NCBI GenBank assembly: GCA_043381765.1
Contig: JBHJMP010000892.1
Coordinates: forward strand, 1-34,818
DNA from: Collodictyon triciliatum
Lineage: Eukaryota
Direction: 5' to 3'
Length of the DNA stretch: 34,818 nt
A program made the translations under genes and the position numbers. A model generated the notes under the pieces. The model saw nothing but the letters and a program-made list of their open reading frames with translations, was not told where the DNA came from and searched no databases. Position 1 is the stretch's first letter. Every line of letters starts with the position of its first letter. This document shows, in pieces, positions 1 to 12,532 of the stretch.

Positions 1-104
1 TTGTTTCTTTGTTTCTTTGTTTCTTTGTTTCTTTGTTTCTTTGTTTCTTTGTTTCTTTGTTTCTTTGTTTCTTTGTTTCTTTGTTTCTTTGTTTCTTTGT
101 TTCT
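1..104. repeat. (TTTCTTTG)n 8-mer tandem repeat, truncated by the window edge
   Basis: Directly visible perfect 8-bp repeat, about 13 copies. Confidence 0.97.
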
Positions 105-194
105 ATTTGGTTAAATCGACAATGAGTAAATAATAAATAAATAAATAAAAGTACTAAAAACAAAATAACAGGGAGGAAACTACACAGCTCGTAC

Positions 195-216
195 CTTCGT
201 CTTTGCTGGCCTCCAT
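195..216 (-). CDS. Possible short first coding exon (MEASKDE+G) of a gene running off the left edge
   Basis: Minus strand reads ATG GAG GCC AGC AAA GAC GAA G|GTACGA, followed by AT-rich, microsatellite-containing sequence like the first introns elsewhere in the window. No recognisable homology. Confidence 0.3.
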
Positions 217-1695
217 AATCAAGTATGTTGCGTTCTCCTTCACGTGGACGTCTTTTACTGTCTCTCTTTACTGCCTTCAATTGGTCCGCAAAGAGTGAAT
301 GCCCGAGCAATAAATAGATATTATAACGCCGATCCCTTTGTTCCAACTGTCAAGAATGATAAATTTTATTTTCCTTCATCCGATTCGTCAAGGAGTGAGA
401 ATAACATAGAAAGTCTTGATTTTGGGGGTTGGCGCTTGATAAAACTAAGATACAGGCAGGAAAAGCGCTGTGGGTAGCGCGTTGGGGCAGGCAACTCTCC
501 AGAAAAGTATAAATTTAATAAATATGGAATTTATAATTTATAATTCAAGTTTTTATACTTAATTGACATCTATCATTGATATATATGTTAATTTTGATAA
601 TATATATATAAGTATATGTCATACGTGCAAGAGTAGTTTCAGTCAAATTATACATATTTAGGAAAAACTTGCGTACTCTCACGACAGAAAGAACCGAATC
701 CAAATTTGGGCACCCCCTTTTTAAACGGCGCTCAACGCGATCATTATTCCAGATTTACACAGAATATATAATGAATTGATCTCATTACCTATCTATTTTG
801 GCCACAACTGAGGCTGTCTGAACAGAAAAGCAAAAAAAAAAAAAAAAAAGCATCGCAGTGAATAACCGCACAACGCGATATTGTTTTTGTAGAAACGGAC
901 GGGACACCCGCGAAATGGGCGTTGCTTTTATTTCTGGAGGACGAAACACTCCATTTCCGCCGACAATGGATCAGCAAAGCGGATTTTCTCGCCCTCCCGT
1001 CTCCTCTGTCTCTGTTGGGATGACTGATCATACCTTGTCTTGAGGTGGGGAAAAGTGAGCGGACTCGTCATTCTCGTTGATCGCAGGTTCGCATGTCCCG
1101 ACCGCACGCACACGGTTTCTTCGTTCAAAGACGTCAAGAACCACGCGAAGAAAACCCCTCCCAAAAAAATAGAAAAAAGAAGGCAGAAACAAAGGATTTT
1201 GCTCTGATCCTTTTGGCTCTGTCTTGATCAATTTGGTGTCTATCTCTTATTCTCTCGAGGGCTGCTTTGTTCCTTATGTACCCTTATGTATGTGTGTGCT
1301 GCTTCCTGTCTTCCGTCCTTGCTATATTTATTGTTCTTGTTCTCTTCTTTACTCTGTTCCTTCTTTCATACTGGCTGAAAAGTGCCACCCTTCGAGAAAG
1401 AACCAGACCTCTCTTACTTTTCTTTTCTCCCATTTTTGCTCACACTTCCCCTTTTTCTACTGGGTACCCGTCCAGACTTTGCTCTTTGATCACGCCAAAC
1501 GTTCCACAAAGCAAAGAGACGGAGGTTAAAAGCGGTCGTGGGATTGAGAGGGAAAAAACGGATCAAAACACACGCAAAGAGAGTGAAGCTATTTGCAAGA
1601 CTCCTCTGAACCGCACGCTTTCATCTAACGCCTGATGCTTTCCTTCATTTCTCTCTCTTCTCTCTTTTCCCTCTCTCTTTTCTCAATCGTCTAGT

Positions 1696-4600
1696 ATGAT
1701 GCGCAGCCGAACCAAGGACGAGATAAACAACCCGGTTCCTATGCTGCCTGCCGTCTCTGCCCAAGCGCCAAACAAGATCGCCTCCTTCTCCACCCTGCCA
1801 AACGTCCCACACCCAAACCTTCCCGAACAAAGCCACCCGGTCTCGCCAAGAGCCACGGCCGCCTACAATGTTCCTGCAGCTGGGTCCAGTGCAGCCCCAC
1901 AGTCCGAGTTTGTTGCCGTCGAAGTCAAACACGAAAATCACTCGCACGCGTCTCAGCGCGCACCAAGTGAACGCTCAACAACTCGCTCTGCTCATTCCGC
2001 CGCTCCCTATAGCAAAGTGCGTAATGTTGCTTCACTTGACTTGTATGATTTGCGTTGTAAATCTGTATCATTTCCCCCCTTTTCTATATGTGTCTCGCTG
2101 TTTCTCCAAGTATAATTCTATATATGTTCCATTTCTCTGCTTACGAGTCTTATTCGTTCTTTGCTCATACACTCTATTTCATCTTGCCTGCAGGGCGGGC
2201 TTGGAAGTACCCGAACAGAGCTGTCCTTCTCGGAAACCACGCCTATGCATTGGTTCACAAATCGCTTTGTCGACAACGAGAATCTAGAGCTGGAGTTTTG
2301 GAAGCAGTATTTTCAAAAGTATGCGCGGACAATACGTTTCTGGATGACAGTGCTACCTTTTGTCTGTATTGCATACTTTGGGCTCTTCTACGCTGCGTAC
2401 TTTGACAAAATCAACAACATGCATGTCTACATGGCTGTGGCCATTGTTTGTTCTGGTATCCCTGCTGTTATGGCCGTCCTTGTTCTTCTAAAGAAGCTGG
2501 AAAACAGGAGAATTCAGTACGGACTCGATCTCTCACTTCTCTGCGCTTTCATCGGTTTCATCCTGGTCGATGCCATAAGCAACCAGCACAATCTCAGTGG
2601 CTATATGCCGCATTGTGACCAGCTGCCCAAAGACGGTAATCTCCACGAAACAAAAAGAAAAAGAAAAACAATTTTTTTAAAAAAAATCTCTCTTCCGTGG
2701 TATATAAAATGAGGGAGAAACTGACATTCTAGATTCGGCACAGTTTCATCCGTATTTCAGTCCTTTATGAACAAACTTTTAGTATCCTAACTTGAATGAA
2801 TAATTCACAGGAAAATGTCTTGTTGACTGGGAAGACGTTCAACTGAGGCTTCAAGGCCAGGACAGCTACGCACTAGCAGTTTATGCCATCGTTGTTTTGT
2901 CTGGCTTAATGAACCCGATATTTAGGTCATCCTTCATTCATGTTGCTGGGGTCATGTGTTGTTACTCCACATGCTTTATGATCTCATCAGTGGCCACTAA
3001 AAACTACTCCACGAGCCTTCGTGCAATTAGTTTCATTCTTTTAATTTACTTTTCCGCCGGATTTTTTGCATACGCTGCCCACGAGGCTGAACGCACACAA
3101 AGAAAAAACTTTTTGTTTGAGAAAGACCTCTACAAAAAGAACTCCCACCTCAAAGACAGATTGGAAAGAATCATATCAGCAAAGAAGAAGGCTGTTGACC
3201 TGGACTCCCCAATAGAAAAAGCCATGGATATCCTGAGAAAATGGAGAGACCATACAGGTCTAACAAATTTCTGACTATAATTTCTTCTCTGGAATTTTCC
3301 AACCCTCCGTCAAATATCTTTTTAACTCATAGCGATATTTGTGTTATAGTTGCTCGTAATATTTTCCCCTATTATTCGATTCAAAGTGTGGTTGCTCGTA
3401 ATCTAACACGTCCTTCTTTTTTTTTTCAGAACTGAACGATATCGTTGGTTCGGATGTGGATACCATGATTGGTATTTTGAGTAATCCAGATTTATTCAGC
3501 CCTGATTTCAAGAAACAAATCAAACAAAATGAACTTGGTAACCCTATATTTATATTTCCCTTACACGATTGTATTTCATTCCACCTACTTTACCTTTTAC
3601 TTTTTGTTCCATCTTAATTATATGCTTAACAGATGACAAAATAATTTTTTCGCGTGCTATTAATTTCCGTCCTCTTTTCTGACACATCTACAACAACAAA
3701 CACCATAGAAGTTGACACTGACATCCAAAATTGGATTATGTATGAGTTTGTCAAATCGCCGGCCACAAAGGCACCAACCACTCGCTCGGTTTCTTTCGGG
3801 TCTCTGGTCGAAAATGCTCGGCATATGCCCCATTCACTCCATATTCTAACAGTTCCTGGGTATAAACCTGTGCCTTTACGTTCTCCACAAATAATTATAT
3901 TTTGATAAGATATTGTCAATATTATATTCATACCGTTATCTTTTAAATGAACTCACATGTCCTCATCGCTTCCCATCTTCATCTTCTTACACTCCCTTCC
4001 TTTAATTAATTGAAATAGAAACCACGAGAAAGCCGAACAGATTGTTGCAAAGTCAGAATGGAATGCAGATATCTTTACGCTGAATGAAATCACGGGAGGT
4101 ATAGCACATCCGTTTATATCCCTAGTTCTAATACGATATATTCCACCAATTTGGCCATCTTGTTGAACAAATTCAAAAACACTTAACCTAACAGCATGAT
4201 TATCAACGATTGTGATATTAGGACACCCGTTAATATTTGCCACTCTTCAAATTCTAAAGAAGCACAAACTCACAAACATATTCCAAATTCCTGAGACCAA
4301 ATTGGTGAACTTCTTGAAGGAAATAGAGTCAGGATACCTCGAAAATCCCTTCCACAACAGAATTCATGCTGCTGATGTCACCATGAACATGAATTACATT
4401 ATACACAGACCAAAAATCGTTGAGTAAGTTTCATTCAGAACCTTATTATCGCCTTCGTTCTTGTTCCAACATAGCGTCATATATCAGTGGGTGTTGACCA
4501 CGATTTATATATACCCAACCAATCTTACCCCAAATTCAATGAAAATTAGTGCTTTGACCGACCTCGATAAGCTCGCATGTATATTGGCCGCAGCCATCCA

Positions 4601-6230
4601 CGATTTCCGGCACCCTGGTTACAACAATGCGTTCCACATAGCTCTCGAACGTCCCGAAGCAATCACATACAACGACCGCTCCGTAAGCCAAATGAACCCC
4701 ATCCCCATCCCCTTTCATTTCTTTCAGAGCGAGGGAATGTTCTGTCATGTGTATACTGATTATTTAGGTGCTCGAAAACTATCACCTCGCCCAAGCCTTC
4801 CACTTGATGTTTGACCCAACAAAAGATTGCAACATTTTATCAAATTTATCCAAGCAAGAGTACGTGCGTTCCTTCAATTTAGTTGTGCAATATACCGTAT
4901 TTTATTATCTTATATTTTCTTTTTCCTTTTCTCCTTTTTTCTCTCTTATAATCCTAATTACACTTTGGAAGGCGATAATATCAAAAACTGAGTAACATGT
5001 GATGATATTTCAGTAAGAAAGAGTTGAGGGACACAATCATTGAAATGGTGCTGGCAACGGACATGGCCAACCACTTTGGCATCATGGGTCAATTCAAGAG
5101 TCAGCTTCAATCAGGTGAATTGATACAAGAAATAATCTCTCGTGTGTCCCCACTAAATATTTGACTGTTGGGAACCCCTCCCCCCGATGATAATAACTAA
5201 TGTGAGAAACGTGAGCGATAGCATAATTCTATTTCTCATTCATTCAAACCCAGACTTCAACTTGCAAGAGCGAGCATCGAAGCTTCTTATGTTGCGCGTT
5301 GCGATGAAATGCTGCGATATCGGACATACCACCAAGAAATCTGAGTTACATCGAAAGTGGACCGTCCTCGTTACCGATGAGTTTTTTATTCAGGTGGGTT
5401 GTTTACACATGTATGAAATGAAGAATACTTTTACGTTATACTGGATGTAATTTGCTAGTTTTATACTGTGTGCTTTTTTTTTTTTAATAAAAAAAGAAGT
5501 AATCCGCGACCGCTCATTTTTTTGTTGCTATCGAGCAGGGTGACAAGGAGAGGGAAAATAGCATTCCAGTTTCACCTTTCATGGATCGAACAAAGGAAAA
5601 AATCTACAAGTCCCAGCTCGGTTTGTGTTGCGGCCTAACCAAACCTCGTTTCAATATTTATTCTTTTTATGAATAAAATCTTGAACATTTAAATAATGAA
5701 CCATATCCAATACACATGCGGGAATGGAATGCAAGGGGAAAACAAAAACAAAAAACAATCCAATCGACTTCCTAAACCATCAATTTCATACCCCCTACTA
5801 TAGGATTCTTGGACTTTGTATGCAAGCCGTTGTTCGAGGCATGGGCTGCTTTTTCGCTCGAGGACAAGGATTTGGTTACTGGGCTGGAGCGCAACCATGG
5901 GGACTGGAAGGCTGAGTACGCTTGCAATCAGTCATCAATATCACACTTTGTTTCTGCCTTAGCTCGTTCACAAAAATCATATTCTCACGTTACCTTGTTT
6001 CTTTGCCCAAACCTCCTTTTTTTCCATTCTCTCTGTTTTGTTTTTGTCTTTTCTGTTTTTTCTGTTTTGTTTTTTTCTCTGTGTTTTTCTGTTGTGCTCC
6101 TTCTGGTCATGAAAATTAAATTTTTCTTACGGGCAACTCATTTACAAAACACGCCGGACCGTCGTTCTCATGCACACACCAATCGCTACAACACAGGTCT
6201 GACCGTGAGGCCGCAAAAGGGACGTCATAG
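1696..6230 (+). CDS. Class I 3',5'-cyclic-nucleotide phosphodiesterase with N-terminal 6-TM anchor (14 exons)
   Basis: Exons: 1696-2016, 2194-2635, 2811-3257, 3430-3537, 3709-~3800/3859 (donor ambiguous), 4019-4098, 4222-4423, 4550-4682, 4768-4859, 5014-5114, 5254-5393, 5539-5620, 5804-5915, 6197-6230; phases are compatible. PDEase_I motifs: FHNRIHAADV, HDFRHPGYNN, YNDRSVLENYH, VLATDMANH, KCCDIGH, EFFIQGDKE, SQLGFLDFVCKPLF. Six hydrophobic helices lie in exons 2-3. Confidence 0.95.
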
Positions 6231-6728
6231 GTCGTTTGCATCACATTTCGTGTCTCCTCACCACTTGAATTCCCGAACGACAGGCGACAAGTGATGATTC
6301 CATCGCCTTTCCTTTGAGTTTGAACCACTCTGCGAGCAACACTCTGGAAGCAGCCTAATACTTCCCCTTTTATTTTTTTTTTATTTTTATTTTTTTATCT
6401 CTTCTACACCCTTCTCATATTCTAACCACGCTCCGAGGCAAAGGCCCAGCCGCCTCACGTCTGATTCCCAGCCCTTTTCTTTTTTTCTTTGGCGTTATCT
6501 GTGTAAACTTAAATCTACCGAGTGGAAACCCAGAACGAGGCACTCCGCCCTGAAGGTAGCCTAATTCCAGAATAGTCATGGATGCGGCACAGACATCACA
6601 AGGCGAGCGCATCAAGCAAACAGATCGATCAAAGGAACAGCCCACGCTCAGCCCGTCCCAAGAAGCGATCCCACTAAGAAAACCCCCTGCGAGCAGAAGA
6701 GAAAACAACACCTCTGAGAGAGAGAGAA

Positions 6729-7901
6729 ATGCCACAACTGCATCCGGCTATTGAGCACAATGCGCCAAAAGTCCCGCTTGTTCTTGGCGGACTCTCGCTG
6801 ATCCTGGTGGTTGCAAGTCTGGGCGCCGATGTCTGGTCGACTTTGGACTGCCCAGCAACAGAACTGGACTTTGGGTGGCGCGAAGCGCGCGGGGATTTGG
6901 GATTTGAGTACTCTGTATGTGACGAACAGAACCTCTTCAACTGTAATGACGTGAAGAGCGGAGGACGCGCTGCCTTGGGACTCGGCGTGACAACCATCTT
7001 CATTCTGATTCCGGCCCTCATTTTCCACGCGAAGGCTCTCAAATCGGTGAGTCTGCTGATTTGTTTTGTTTGTTTTGTTTGTTTGTTTGTTTGTTTGTTT
7101 GTTTGTTTGTTTGTTTGTTTGTTTGTTTGTTTGTTTGTTTGTTTGTTTGTTTGTTTGTTTGTTTGTTTGTTTGTTTGTTTGTTTGTATATGGGTCTGAAT
7201 ATGTGTATGCGCCGGTTGTGGTGGCATAGCATCGCATAAGTCTGCTCCCATTCAATTTATTTATTTATTTATTTTTGCTGTATAAAGGATATGAGTATGT
7301 GATGAAAAATAAATAGTTATGAATGATTTATAATCCAAGAAAAGACCAAAAACAAAAAGATATGGGAAACAACACCATTCTTGATCATTGGCTGCTTGTT
7401 CTCAAAGTAAATTCTTATTTCGGTGGACTTTTCCAGAACACAAACCCGCCAAAGACTATCTCGGCCGGCTTGTTTATCCTTGCCAATGTCTTCATTCTGG
7501 CCTCTTTTGCTTCGTGGACCTCCAAGGGACATCAATCCATCCAGGACTTCACTGATGATGTAGGAATTATCACGTATTTCTTTCTCTGACCTGCTTGAAT
7601 GCCACTCGCACGACACAAAATACGGACGCTTTCTTAGATGGTGCACAAAAGTCTCCAACACTTTTATTATCAAAAGGGATTCGCTTAGATGCTGCTTCCT
7701 TTCCTTTCCTTCTTTCTTTTCATCACACTTCATCGATTTGCATGCCATGTAACGCTCTCTGGGTTGTAGATCGATGGCTGCGACGCCTCACTGGGAAGCA
7801 GCACCAATCTGATGATAGCCTCCTTTGTCTTTATGATTATCTCGTCTGTTCTCTCCATCGGCTTCTACCTGCGAGGCCACAACACCTACGGAGATGTCTA
7901 A
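6729..7901 (+). CDS. Claudin/PMP22-superfamily tetraspan membrane protein, 190 aa, 3 exons
   Basis: Exons 6729-7046, 7437-7559, 7770-7901 with phase-0 GT-AG introns. Four hydrophobic segments. The first loop has W...FGW...C...C (DVWSTL..DFGWRE..VC..NC), like the claudin W-GLW-C-C signature. Ends ...HNTYGDV*. Confidence 0.8.
7061..7185. repeat. (GTTT)n microsatellite in intron 1 of the tetraspan gene
   Basis: Directly visible; starts about 14 nt after the GTGAGT donor at 7047. Confidence 0.97.
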
Positions 7902-8273
7902 TGGCACTGAGAATTGGCCGATAGGACGAACCAGTTGCCGCTCTTGCGCAACCACATAAAATAAAAATATATGAAAGAAAGAAAGAAAGAAAAGCGTCCC
8001 TTCTTCTGGTAGTTACATAATTCTTGGCAGAGTAATACACGATAAAATCCAAACGAACAAAAAATAACAGAAAAAGACCAATAGAAACATTTGAACAAAA
8101 GAGAAAAGAAAAACAACAACAAATGAATGTCTTGTCTTTCAAAAATCAAATAAAAAAGGGCAAGAAAAGGGCTTTCATTGAGCAAGTAAGCTGAAGGCTC
8201 AAATCTGCTTCTTTTTTCCCCCTCTCTTACTTTTATAGTCTATAAAAGAAAGTCGCGCAAAACAGGAAACAGA

Positions 8274-8597
8274 ATGGACTCGCAGACAGTCGAGCAGGTG
8301 CAGCTGATGCGTGCCTTCCTCGAGCATTGTGGCGACGGAAACCTGGAGCAGCTGGAACGGATTCTCTCTGCATTCGAGCTGAAGCCCAACACTGCCTCTG
8401 ACACAAACGGCTCTGTAAGTACAGATACCGAAGCAAATAAACAAATAAACAAATAAACAAATAAACAAATAAACAAATAAACAAATAAACAAATAAACAA
8501 ATAAACAAATAAACAAATAAACAAATAAACAAATATACAAATATACAAACAAACAAACAAACAAATAAACAAATATACAAATAAACAAATATACAAA

Positions 8598-8672
<75 letters not shown>

Positions 8673-11661
8673 CCAACTAACCAACAGACAAACAAATAAA
8701 TAAACAAATAAACAAATAAACAAATAAACAAATAAACAAATAAATAAATAAATAAAGAAACAAATAAATAAAGAAACAAATAAATAAAGAAACAAATAAA
8801 TAAAGAAACAAATAAACAAAATACAAATACAGATACAGATACAAATACAAATGAAAACACAAACATAAATGGAACCACAACTATTATATTTATAAGAGCA
8901 CATCACAAAGACAAAGACGAATTCAAACACAATGCCACAGCCCAACGAAACAACACTGGACGAGCAGCTGCATCCGGTACTGACGCTGACCGACCCGCAC
9001 GGCCGCACTGGGCTGCACTTGGCTGCATCGCGAGGCCATCAGGCTGTCTGCAAGCGCCTGCTGAAGCTGGCTACAAATCCCCGCACATATGCTGCACGCA
9101 CTGACAATGCAGGAATGGCCCCGCTTCACCATGCGACGATGGCTGCACACACAGCTGTGGTTCATCTTCTGCTCATCGTTGCTCCACAGGCCGTTCACTT
9201 TGCCACGCACTCCGGCTCTGCGCTTCACCATGCTGCGGTCGCTGCCGATGCATCTGTCACGGATTTGCTATTGCGTTATGGTGCTGACCCGAATAAGACA
9301 GATGAGCAGGTTTCGGATTCAAATATTCAAATGCTCTGGCATATTTCTCGTGCTTTTATTTATTTATTCATTCATTTATTTGCTATTTCCTTTATTTTTC
9401 GAAAAATTGCTTTGTCAGCTCATAGGTATATTTTACTATGCGATTGCTCCTTTTTTTTTTTTTTAGTATCATATTTACTTTAACGATTTGTTCGTTGAAA
9501 GCACGTACTCGTTTTAAAAGAATATAGCTTTTTTTTACTTGCTGCCTCTAATTTCTATTTAATCTTAAGTTATTTTCCCATCCCCTCAACCGGTTCTTAT
9601 TTCTATGTTTCTATCATTATATATTTTTGATGAAAAGGAGTTGATTTTTATGTCAAGCATCAACCACTTATCCCTTCCAACCAAATTTCCTTATGCATAC
9701 TGAGTCAGAATGTTCAATTATGTTCTTTTTATTTCATCTCAGAAAGTCTGATTTGTTTATCCTCGCATATCCATCTACGCTTTTCGATAGGGAAATCCAC
9801 CTCTGTTCATCGCTACCGTTCAAGGCTCTTTGCCTGTAGTAGAGGCTTTACTTACTGGAGGTGCCAAACCTGATTTTAAAACATCCAGTGAAATATCTGT
9901 AGTGCATGTGGCAGCCGAGCTAGGATTCATAGATGTACTGAAAACCTTAGTGAAGGTGAAGATTCCTTTCCAACTCTCTGACCTATTACTGAGTTTACAT
10001 TATTTGGCATTCATCAGTGTGATTGAAATATCAGTATAACAAAAAAAAATCGTGTGCCATGAAGAAAGTTTTTTTTTTGTATACCATTTAAAAGAGTTTC
10101 TTTACACTTCACACACCTATCTAACTCGTATTGTGCAATAAAATGGGGCTAGGCTGGCGGCGATGTCAACTCGAGGACATCAGAAAATCAACGGGCCATT
10201 GATTTGGCTACCGAGCAATCAATCGTGGAATACCTCTATCCAATCACAAATCTCCAGTCACATGAGACTCTCGCCCTTTTCTTAAAGAATTGTCAAAAAT
10301 CAAAAAGCAAAATACAAAGCAATCCCGTACCTTCCTCTCAGGCAGTAACGGTATATCTCATCATATCAGGTTAAAAATTTGTAAATATGACTTCAATTAA
10401 AATATCATTCACTTTCATACAGCAACCCATTTCTGTTGAAAAGAAAGAACAGTCGAGAAAACATAGAGAGGAGGGTAACAAAGCATTCAGGTGGTCTTTT
10501 TTCGTCCTTTTCTCATACTTGTAAAAATAAAAGTCAATTAGGTATCAGTTTCACAGCGTAAAAAGAAAAGAAAAGAAAAGAAAAGAAAAGAAAAGAAAAG
10601 AAAAGAAAAGAAAAGAAAAGAAAAGAAAAGAGCTCATTACCAAATAAAAAAACTTGTGCATACTTTCAACCGAAATTTATTTTTCCTTATTTTTCCTTAT
10701 TTTTTTTGTTTCGTATTTAGTACTATTGGTTACATTTCTACACACGCAGCGCTCTGACTTGAAAGTAAAAATAAATGTTAGGAGCGGTCACTATGAAGAA
10801 GCTATTAGATTTTATACCCTAGCAATCGAAAACGACCCGAAGTATACACATATATTCAATTGAAACAACTTATTCATATAAAAATCTACTGTTAACATCA
10901 AAGATGAAATTCAGTGAAACTTAATCACGTTATTCGTTCTTTGGTTCCATAGATTTCCTCCTTTTTTTTTTTAATTTATGTAAATTTTGATGTTATATAA
11001 AATTTGTTTTTTTGCTTTTTTGGAAAAAAAAGCGACCACGTCCCACATAGTAATCGCTCTGCGTGCTACCATAAACTCGGAAAGTTTGAGAGCGCTCTTG
11101 ACGACGCCAATAAAACTCGGTAATTTTATAGTAATGAACCGTTTTCCAAATATTTTCTCTCTTTGTTAACATAAACACCTTATAAACTCTCGCATCCATA
11201 TCATGAAATTTGCGTTAGTGTCTTGAATCCAAATGATGCAAAAGCGTGTTTTCGTGCTGGTTCCGCGTTAATGGAAATGAAGCAATATGAAGAGGCTGCC
11301 GTCGCTTTCTTTGATGGTGTCAAGGTACAAGAAAAATTATATACAAGTACACCACTTATTTTTATTCACATTTTAATGTCTTGAAACCGAGTGAACCTCA
11401 CTGCATCTTATGGTGATACATGACTTTAATGTGATTTCTTCAATTGTTTTTTCCTTTTCAAATCTTTGCTTTAGCTCAATCCCGACAGCTCGGAACTTTC
11501 TTCCTCAGTAAGTATCCTTCTATCATGTGTGCACATACTCATATACTACACACCACCCAATTCTAGGGTTAACTATGGAATATCCATAGTTCCAGGAAGC
11601 AATCAAAATGGCCAAAGAAGAATACCAGCAGAAACAGAAATCCGAACAAAAATCCGAATAA
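8274..11661 (+). CDS. Ankyrin-repeat + TPR protein (putative Hsp90/Hsp70 co-chaperone), 10 exons
   Basis: Exons 8274-8414, 8941-9309, 9791-9955, then seven more to TAA at 11659-11661. Ankyrin repeats: GRTGLHLAASRGH, GMAPLHHATMAAH, GSALHHAAVAAD, GNPPLFIATVQGS, SVVHVAAELGF. Three TPRs follow: REEGNKAFRSGHYEEAIRFYTLAI, HSNRSACYHKLGKFESALDDA, AKACFRAGSALMEMKQYEEA. Confidence 0.92.
8434..8822. repeat. Compound (AAATAAAC)n/(AAAT)n/(AAAC)n microsatellite in intron 1 of the ANK-TPR gene
   Basis: Directly visible compound array of about 390 bp; it explains the spurious FIYL/FVCL ORFs. Confidence 0.97.
10561..10630. repeat. (AAAAG)n microsatellite in an ANK-TPR intron
   Basis: Directly visible pentamer repeat, about 14 copies. 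Confidence 0.97.
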
Positions 11662-11826
11662 ATTCTATGGCGGTCCAAACTGGAGCGACATGCGAGGCTT
11701 TCTTTACATATGCCACAACTGTACAATACTTTAATTTTTTTTTGTTTTTGTCTAATGGGCTATGATATAAAAAAATTGCAATAATTATAAGATAAATAAA
11801 TAAAATTGATGTTTGATTCAATGAAT

Positions 11827-11827
<1 letters not shown>

Positions 11828-11887
<60 letters not shown>
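11828..11887. repeat. (GATT)n microsatellite between the convergent 3' ends of ANK-TPR and NEK
   Basis: Directly visible tetramer repeat. Confidence 0.97.
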
Positions 11888-12532
11888 ATTCTCATTAACA
11901 AAAATTGGCTTCCCTCTATATTCGAACTAACTCCATCTTTACAAAATCATAGCTCATTCATGTTTGTATGTCATATCTGATTGTTGAAATTAAAGGGCAT
12001 GTATGTTAGCGTCTGGGTAAAGTTGTATTCGGCGTCCAGTGTTTTTTTCTTCTTCTACTCTACAATTATTTACATTTCACCAGGAACCATTTCATGGGAT
12101 TCGATTGATTGTCGTTCCTTTACATGGGTGAAAAACGTCAAATTATTGAGGCTTTCATTATGTCTGTAAACGCTATGCCCTTTGGTTACTCCAGAACATG
12201 GGACAAGTATTGGTAGCAGTATTTCTTTTTTTCTTTTAAAAAAAACATTTAAAATAAACAATAATCGCAATAAATCACCAATGTTCGTCAAAGCCATCGT
12301 CTTATTTGCTTCAACACCTAATGCATGGGTGTTTTTTTCTTCCTTGAAGCATCACGAAGCACGCACGCTTATGATTGTAATTTTTTTTCCCACTTGAAAA
12401 TAAATTTTGTTATGGCTTCCCCAATTTAACTTGTTTATTGATGGATCGATTGACTGATTTCTGAGTTCGTTTTGTTTCATACTTGTCCTATTTAGTGATA
12501 AGGATTCGGTTAGGGTTTATCCTTCGACGGAT

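Noticed and set aside
789-1635. Several 60-120 aa ORFs upstream of the PDE
   Set aside because: Low-complexity, pyrimidine-rich promoter/5' UTR-like sequence with no motifs.
5916-6294. C-terminal hydrophobic extension of the PDE in ORF 5809-6294
   Set aside because: It is a T-rich intron (GTACGC..ACACAG); splicing yields a short tail ending GTS* at 6230.
8199-9008. Long minus-strand ORFs rich in FIYL/FVCL, and the TNKQ-rich ORFs at 6648-7255
   Set aside because: They are translations of intronic microsatellites on the strand opposite real genes.
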